A stretch of DNA of 64,000 nucleotides from an uncultured delta proteobacterium. GTDB lineage: Bacteria > Desulfobacterota > Desulfobacteria > Desulfobacterales > UBA2156. Both the position numbers and the translations under genes were made by a program. This document shows, piece after piece, positions 57,784-64,000 of this stretch; position 1 is the stretch's first letter, and every line of letters begins with the position of its first letter. The notes beneath the pieces were generated by a model. The model was not told the DNA's origin. It saw only the letters and a program-made list of their open reading frames with translations, and did no database searches. The stretch lies in NCBI GenBank assembly GCA_963736855.1, contig CAVTQK010000023.1, positions 32,001 through 96,000 on the forward strand, written 5' to 3'.

Positions 57784-59517
57784 ATGTTCAACCGCTATTT
57801 TCAACAGGAACTCGCCAATCTGAAAGATCTGGGCGCGGAGTTTGCCAAGGCCCATCCCGCCGTGGCGCCCATGCTCAGCGGCCCTTCCTCCGATCCGGAT
57901 GTCGAACGACTGTTGGAAGGTGTGGCATTTTTAACCGCTCAGATTCGCGAAAAGCTGGATGATGAATTTCCTGAAATCATTCATGAGCTGGCCCAGCTCA
58001 TCTTGCCCCACTACTTAAGACCGATCCCTTCCTGTTCCATTGTCGCCTTCAATCCCAAACCAGCCCTGAAGCAGCCAATGACCATACCTGCCGGTATTCA
58101 GGTGGCTTCAGTACCCGTAGAAGGTACCGTCTGCCAGTTTAAAACCTGCTACGACGTCGAGATCCACCCCTTGCAACTGAAAGATGCGGCCTATGTGGAA
58201 ACGCCGGGAAAACCACCCGTCATCCGGATCGGCCTGGAGCTAAAAGGCGTAGAACTCCATAACTGGCGGCCGGGCACTCTCCGCTTCCATCTTGCCGGCA
58301 ATTACAGCGAGGCCGCTGATAACTATTTTATTTTCCGGCAACAAATCCGGCGGATCATGGTTCGAACACCGGAGACGGAAAAATTATTTATCCTCGGACC
58401 TGACCACGTGAAACCCGTCGGATTTTCATCTACCCAGAGTGTGATCCCCTATCCTTCCCATTCGTTTCCGGCTTACCGGCTTTTGCAGGAATATTTTAAT
58501 TTTCCGCAGAAATTTCTGTTTTTCGACCTGACAGGCATGGACCGATGGGGCGATCGGGGCGGCGGCAACCGTTTTGAGCTTCATTTTGAACTCGATGCGA
58601 ATCCAGAAAAACCGCCTCGCATTCGAACCGAGGATTTTGTCCTTTTTGCGACACCGATCATCAACCTCTTCCCCTTCGACGCGGATCCGATTCGAATAGA
58701 CCATCGTCAAAGTGAATGCCGGGTTCGCCCGGCCGCCTCCAATTCAACCCATTACCAGGTTTACTCCATCGAGAATGTGGTAGGCCATATCCAGGGAACC
58801 GCCAAAGCAAGAGAATATAAGCCCTTCGATTATTTCAAGTTGGATGTCGAATCCCATCCTGTCTATCAATTGTCGTTGAAAAAATCTCCTGTCCGCCCCG
58901 GTGCCGAAATCTATCTTCAAGTCGCCTATCCACCCGATGCCGGACCGCCCATGATCGAAACACTTTCGCTCAAATTGATTTGCACCAACGGCATCCTGCC
59001 CGAAAACATCCATGTGGGAGATATTTCACAATCCACCAGCAGCTCTCCTGAATATGCGAATTTCACCAACATAACACCTCCAACCTTGTCTGCATATCCA
59101 CCCCTGGGGACCAACCTGCTTTGGAGACTTCTGTCCCATTTGAATTTGAATCATGTATCGTTGACCAGCGCAACCAACTTCAAAGCGCTTTTAGGATTGT
59201 ACCTGTTTCCCGAAACCCGCGACCAGACCGGCCGACTGGCCAATCAGAAACGGATCAACGGTATTGAAGAGATCACCTCCAAAGCCGCCGACCGATTGGT
59301 ATCCGGCTTGTTGATGCGCGGCCGGGAAATTACGGCAAACACCCGTCACGATCACTTTTCCGGAGAGGGTGATCTATACTTATTCGGATGCGTGTTGGAC
59401 GAATTTTTCGGACTCTATTCATCCATCAATGCCTTTACCCGTTTTTCATTGAAAGACATCTTAAAAGGAAAAGTGTATCAATGGTCGGCTCGGATAGGCG
59501 ATCGCCCGATGATCTGA
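57784..59517 (+). CDS. tssF: T6SS baseplate subunit TssF
   Basis: EFAKAHP, DPDVERLLEGVAFL, PHYLRPIPS, LLQEYF.FP.KF, WRLLSHL.LN, SINAF. Confidence 0.96.
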   Translation: MFNRYFQQELANLKDLGAEFAKAHPAVAPMLSGPSSDPDVERLLEGVAFLTAQIREKLDDEFPEIIHELAQLILPHYLRPIPSCSIVAFNPKPALKQPMTIPAGIQVASVPVEGTVCQFKTCYDVEIHPLQLKDAAYVETPGKPPVIRIGLELKGVELHNWRPGTLRFHLAGNYSEAADNYFIFRQQIRRIMVRTPETEKLFILGPDHVKPVGFSSTQSVIPYPSHSFPAYRLLQEYFNFPQKFLFFDLTGMDRWGDRGGGNRFELHFELDANPEKPPRIRTEDFVLFATPIINLFPFDADPIRIDHRQSECRVRPAASNSTHYQVYSIENVVGHIQGTAKAREYKPFDYFKLDVESHPVYQLSLKKSPVRPGAEIYLQVAYPPDAGPPMIETLSLKLICTNGILPENIHVGDISQSTSSSPEYANFTNITPPTLSAYPPLGTNLLWRLLSHLNLNHVSLTSATNFKALLGLYLFPETRDQTGRLANQKRINGIEEITSKAADRLVSGLLMRGREITANTRHDHFSGEGDLYLFGCVLDEFFGLYSSINAFTRFSLKDILKGKVYQWSARIGDRPMI

Positions 59518-60539
59518 AATTAACTCTGATCAAGGAAGGGCGTGCATTTTCTTTCTACCAGGTGATGCGGCTGCTGCGCCTTTTTGACAAAAACACCCGG
59601 ACGGGCGATGCCACATATCTGACATCAGCCAACATTCGAATATTTCCGAATTTATCCCTGACATTCCCTGCTTCGGATGTCGAGAAGATACAAGCGATTG
59701 AAGGAGATAACGCGACCCGCTACCATGTCACGGCCAATTTTCTCGGCCTCTACGGTTCATCTTCTCCCTTACCCACCTTTTACACGGAAGACCTCATCGA
59801 TGAAGCATCCGATGATGAATCCGCCGGCCGTGAATTTATCAACATCCTGAACCATCGGCTCTACCTGTTATTGTTCGAGACCTGGGAAAAATATCGTCAA
59901 TTTATCCAGGTCACAGAGGAAAAAAATCCGCAATATATCGAACGCCTGTTTTGCCTGATCGGCCTGGGCGAAACGATCCATCGCAAAGAAATCCCGGATG
60001 CCCTCCGATTGCTTCGCTACATGGGGCTTTTTTCACAATTTCCACGATCGGCTGCAGGATTGAAGACAATCCTGGAAGACGCGCTGGGTCTCCCGGTTGA
60101 GGTCGTCCCCTGTGTCATGCGCAAGGCCAGAATCCCGGATGATCAGCTTCTAAGGCTGGGAAAATTCGGTGCCGTCCTTGGAAAAAGCAGCTTTGTGGGC
60201 CGGGAGATTCCAGACCGAACGGGTAAATTTCGTCTCCGGGTAGGTCCGTTGAGCGCTGTCGATTATCGCCGTTTTTTCCCAGGAAGCGATACGTACAATG
60301 AATTGGTGATGCTGACGAACCTGTACCTATTGGATCCATTGGAGTATGAACTGGAAGTCTACATGCAAAAAAAGCAGACTCAGACCGCCCGATTGGGTGG
60401 GGCTGAATGGTCTCGGTTGGGCATGGATACCTGGCTTTTTGCCGGCAAAGAGATCGGTGAGACCAAGAGTACTTTTTATCCGACCCGATATTCATCGGTT
60501 AATCAGAATGTGACCATCAATAATGGGATAACGAGTTGA
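59481..60539 (+). CDS. tssG: T6SS baseplate subunit TssG
   Basis: FSFYQVMRLL, L.FPASD, FLGLYGSSSPLP, NHR, LG..TWL; ATG 59481 overlaps the end of tssF. Confidence 0.93.
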   Translation: MVGSDRRSPDDLKLTLIKEGRAFSFYQVMRLLRLFDKNTRTGDATYLTSANIRIFPNLSLTFPASDVEKIQAIEGDNATRYHVTANFLGLYGSSSPLPTFYTEDLIDEASDDESAGREFINILNHRLYLLLFETWEKYRQFIQVTEEKNPQYIERLFCLIGLGETIHRKEIPDALRLLRYMGLFSQFPRSAAGLKTILEDALGLPVEVVPCVMRKARIPDDQLLRLGKFGAVLGKSSFVGREIPDRTGKFRLRVGPLSAVDYRRFFPGSDTYNELVMLTNLYLLDPLEYELEVYMQKKQTQTARLGGAEWSRLGMDTWLFAGKEIGETKSTFYPTRYSSVNQNVTINNGITS

Positions 60540-60580
60540 GTGACTAGTCGTCTGACGAAAATCTTACATAGGAGAAATTC

Positions 60581-63217
60581 ATGATATCCGTCGATATCAA
60601 ATCGCTTCTTAAACGCCTGAACAAGTATTGTACACGCTGCCTGGAAGGGGCTGCCGGTTTATGCGTATCCCGAACGCATTATGAGGTAACAGTGGAACAC
60701 ATTCTATCCAAACTCCTTGAAGAACCCCAGTCGGATCTTCCGTTGATACTCCGCCATTTCGAGATCGATATCGGTCGGATGAGCAAGGCCCTCGATCAAA
60801 CCCTTGAAGAATTTCGCACCGGCAACGCGGCCAAACCGGTCTTCTCACCACTGCTGATCGAATGGTTTCAGGAATCCTGGTTGATTGCTTCGGTGGATCT
60901 GACCGAAAACAGGATCCGCTCCGGCGCTCTCCTGCTTGCCTTTTTAAGAAACCCGACGCGGTTTGCCACCGGTCGGTTTGCGGATCTCTTGGCCGGCATC
61001 AGTCGGGATGCCCTGCAATCGGCCTTTCAGAACATCGTCCAATCTTCGGTGGAACAACCTTCTCCCGAAGATCAGATTGCCGGGGAAAAACCCCTGCCCG
61101 GCGAAACTACCGCCCTCAAACAATTCTGCGTCAATTTTACTGAAAAAGCGGCTCGGGGTGAAATCGATCCGGTCTTCGGACGGGATCAGGAAATCCGCCA
61201 AATGGTCGATATTCTGGCCCGAAGGCGAAAAAACAACCCCATCGTCGTCGGTGAGGCAGGTGTCGGAAAAACGGCTGTGGTGGAAGGCCTGGCCCTTCGA
61301 ATTATGAAGGAGACGTCCCTCAGATGCTTCGGGATGTCGCCATCCTGGGCCTGGATATGGGGTTGCTCCAGGCCGGGGCCGGTATCAAGGGCGAGTTCGA
61401 AAATCGGCTCAAATCGGTCATCAACGAAATCAAGGCATCACCACAGCCGATCATTCTCTTTATCGACGAAGCGCATACGCTCATCGGTGCCGGCGGCCAA
61501 GCCGGCGGAAGCGATGCGGCCAATCTGCTCAAACCCGCCCTGGCCAGGGGCGAGCTGCGAACCGTCGCCGCCACCACCTGGTCGGAGTACAAGAAATATT
61601 TTGAAAAGGACGCGGCCCTGGCCCGCCGGTTTCAACTGATTAAACTCGATGAACCCTCCGAAAAGACCGCTGTTCTCATCCTGCGGGGTTTGAAAGAAAA
61701 GTATGAAGAAGCCCATGGAGTCGTCGTGAGGGATGATGCCATTCTGACGGCAGCCGAGCTGTCCAATCGATATATCTCCGGCCGGCAGCTCCCGGACAAA
61801 GCAGTGGATCTTCTGGATACCAGCGCCGCCAGGGTGAAGATCCTGCTTACAGCCAAACCGGACATTATCGAGGACAAGGAACGAACCGTCCAAGCTTTGG
61901 AAAGAGAGAGAAAAGCCATTGAACGGGATCGACTGCACGGCATTTCGGTTGAAGAAGAACGATTGAAAGCCATCGATACGGAATTGGAGGCTTTGAACCA
62001 TGTCTTGAGTGAATTGAAAGATCGATGGCTCAAGGAACAGGAACTGGGCCAAAACATCGTCGAATTACGGAAGGAATTATACACCCTCAAGACCCACGAA
62101 TCCGGTGAAACCACCGAACAAACCACAACTCTGAAATCCCGCATTGATGAAACCACCCAAAAACTGACTTCCCTCCAAAACAATGCGCCTCTTGTGCGCA
62201 TCGAAGTGGATCCGGATGTGGTCGCCAAAGTGGTATCCGACTGGACCGGAATCCCCCTGGGCCGGGTGATGCGGGACGAAGCTAGAAATGTGATCCACCT
62301 GGAAGAACGATTGAAAGAAAGGATTAAAGGTCAGGATAATGCACTGGCCATTATTGCCCAAGTCGTGAAGGCGGCCAAGGCAGGGTTAAAAGATCCGAAC
62401 CAGCCCCTGGGGATTTTTCTGTCTGGTGGGCCCGAGCGGAACCGGAAAGACCGAAACAGGCCTTGCCGTTGCCGAAATGCTATTCGGCGGAGAGCGCTTT
62501 ATAGCTTCCATCAACATGAGTGAATTTCAGGAGCGTCATACGGTCAGCCGCCTGATCGGATCACCTCCCGGCTATGTCGGCTACGGTGAAGGCGGCGTCC
62601 TCACCGAAGCAATCCGCCAGCGCCCCTACTCGGTGATATTGCTGGATGAGGTGGAAAAAGCCCATCTGGAAGTGCTGAATATCTTCTACCAGGTATTCGA
62701 TAAGGGCGTACTCTCCGACGGAGAGGGCCGGATCATCGACTTTAAAAATTCGGTTATCTTTTTAACCAGCAATCTGGGAACGGATGTCATTACCGAAATG
62801 ACGAGCAGCGGCAGCATGATTCCCTACGAGACCATCCTGAATGCCGTCAGACCGATTTTAAGCAACCACTTCAAGCCGGCGTTGCTGGCCCGCATGACGG
62901 TGGTCCCTTTCCTGACCTTGCCGAATCATGTCCTCAAGGATATCGTGGCCCTGAAACTCAACAAGCTGGCTGCCCGCATGGCCGATACCCATAAAATCAA
63001 ACTGACTTACACCGAATCGGTCAAGGATCAGATCGCAGCGCGTTGTACGGAAGTAGAAACCGGCGCCCGCAATATCGATCACATCATGAGCGGCACGATC
63101 CTGCCCCAGATGTCCAGGGAGATTCTGACCCGCATGAGCGAGGCCGCCATGCCATCGGAAGTTAACCTGGATTTAAACGAAGACGGATCGTTTAAAATTC
63201 TTTTTGAAGGAGCATAG
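60581..63217 (+). pseudogene. tssH: T6SS AAA+ ATPase TssH/ClpV split by two single-base frameshifts
   Basis: [23 protein letters not shown] / [21 protein letters not shown] / GPSGTGKT..LLDEVEKAH..GARN lie in three frames; one base missing near 61305 (RI-x-EGDVP) and one extra T at 62422 (FL-LVGPSG). Confidence 0.9.
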
Positions 63218-63219
63218 CC

Positions 63220-64000
63220 ATGGCTGTATTAACCGGCGCGGCTCGAGAGGCTAGATTTCTTTTTAAAGTCGGGGAGATTGATTTCGCCGTGGCGGATTTT
63301 TCCGTCCGGGAAGCGATATCCGAGCCGTTTGATATTGACCTGACCCTTGCCTCGGAAGATGAAATCGACTTTGATGATGTGATCGGTCAGGTGGCACTGC
63401 TCATACTCCTGGAAAGCGAACCGGATCGGTACTTCAATGGCATCGTCAGCGAATTCATGAAGATCGGTCTCAGAGGCCGCTTCTATGTGTACCAGGCCCG
63501 TGTCGTCCCCTCCATATGGCTTTTATCCTTCGAACAGGATTGCCGCATTTTTCAAAATAAAACGGTTCAGGAAATTGTCACTCAGATTTTTAATGAAAGA
63601 AGGATCACATCCGACCGTTTTAAATTCCGTCTCCAAAATACCTATGAACCCCGGGAGTATTGTGTCCAATACCGTGAAACAGACCTGAATTTCATATCCC
63701 GCCTCCTCGAAGAAGAAGGCATATTTTACTTTTTCGAACATGACCGTGAAAAACACCTGATGGTTTTCGGAGACAGTACGGTGAATTATCAACCGATCTC
63801 AGGAACCGTCGCAGTCCCTTTCAGACCCTCGGGGGGTCTTGGAGTTACTGAAGAATTCGTCAAGGATTTCCGCTTTCAACGACAAATTCGGACCGGTAAA
63901 GTCACTTTCCGGGATTATAATTTCATCAGACCTTCCTTGGATTTAACCTCCCAGAAAAAGGCCGACTCCTTCGATGAACTGGAGTACTACGACTATCCCG
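63220..64000 (+). CDS. vgrG: T6SS spike protein VgrG (5' part, runs off the window)
   Basis: My translation from ATG 63220 gives EAISEPF, RYFNGIV, DCRIFQNK, REYCVQYRETDLNFISRLLEEEGIFYFF and RDYNF; absent from the ORF track because there is no stop in the window. Confidence 0.95.
   Translation, partial: MAVLTGAAREARFLFKVGEIDFAVADFSVREAISEPFDIDLTLASEDEIDFDDVIGQVALLILLESEPDRYFNGIVSEFMKIGLRGRFYVYQARVVPSIWLLSFEQDCRIFQNKTVQEIVTQIFNERRITSDRFKFRLQNTYEPREYCVQYRETDLNFISRLLEEEGIFYFFEHDREKHLMVFGDSTVNYQPISGTVAVPFRPSGGLGVTEEFVKDFRFQRQIRTGKVTFRDYNFIRPSLDLTSQKKADSFDELEYYDYP

Noticed and set aside
61300..62430. The two clpV indels as mutually compensating or programmed frameshifts
   Set aside because: The first frame stops at 61639, the conserved middle region is in another frame, and neither site has a slippery heptamer.

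Overview
Bacterial chromosomal window, most consistent with a Desulfobacterota (deltaproteobacterial) organism; this is inferred from the gene families and the stand-alone spirochaete/mitochondrial-type EF-G. Positions 1-12.3 kb carry housekeeping-type genes: a secreted hypothetical, a Cys-rich protein, a GT2 glycosyltransferase, rsmG, an Smr protein, fusA, a RecA-fold ATPase, an HNH nuclease, a DUF1232-DnaJ protein and an MFS transporter. Positions 13-25.5 kb hold an MSHA/type IV pilus-like cluster in two convergent halves, with PilT and a sigma54-driven major pilin. After a molybdate/tungstate-type regulator and a nitroreductase scar, 27.2-64 kb is a large envelope block: CHASE2 adenylate cyclase + SH3 + M48 peptidase; TamB + long Omp85; TolC-MacA-MacB-like exporter; a Cys-rich protein + FHA-less TagH C-domain; and a T6SS core (tssJKLM-tagF-tssABC-hcp-tssEFG-clpV-vgrG) that runs off the window end. 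Eight non-autonomous MITE-like elements share the same asymmetric 17-bp ends around four different hairpin interiors, with AA-N2/3-TT target duplications and tandem stacking; one tandem pair lies in the pilin 5' leader. Four single-base frameshifts (dnaJ-like, gspE/mshE, clpV twice) may be assembly errors. No CRISPR, tRNA or rRNA was seen.
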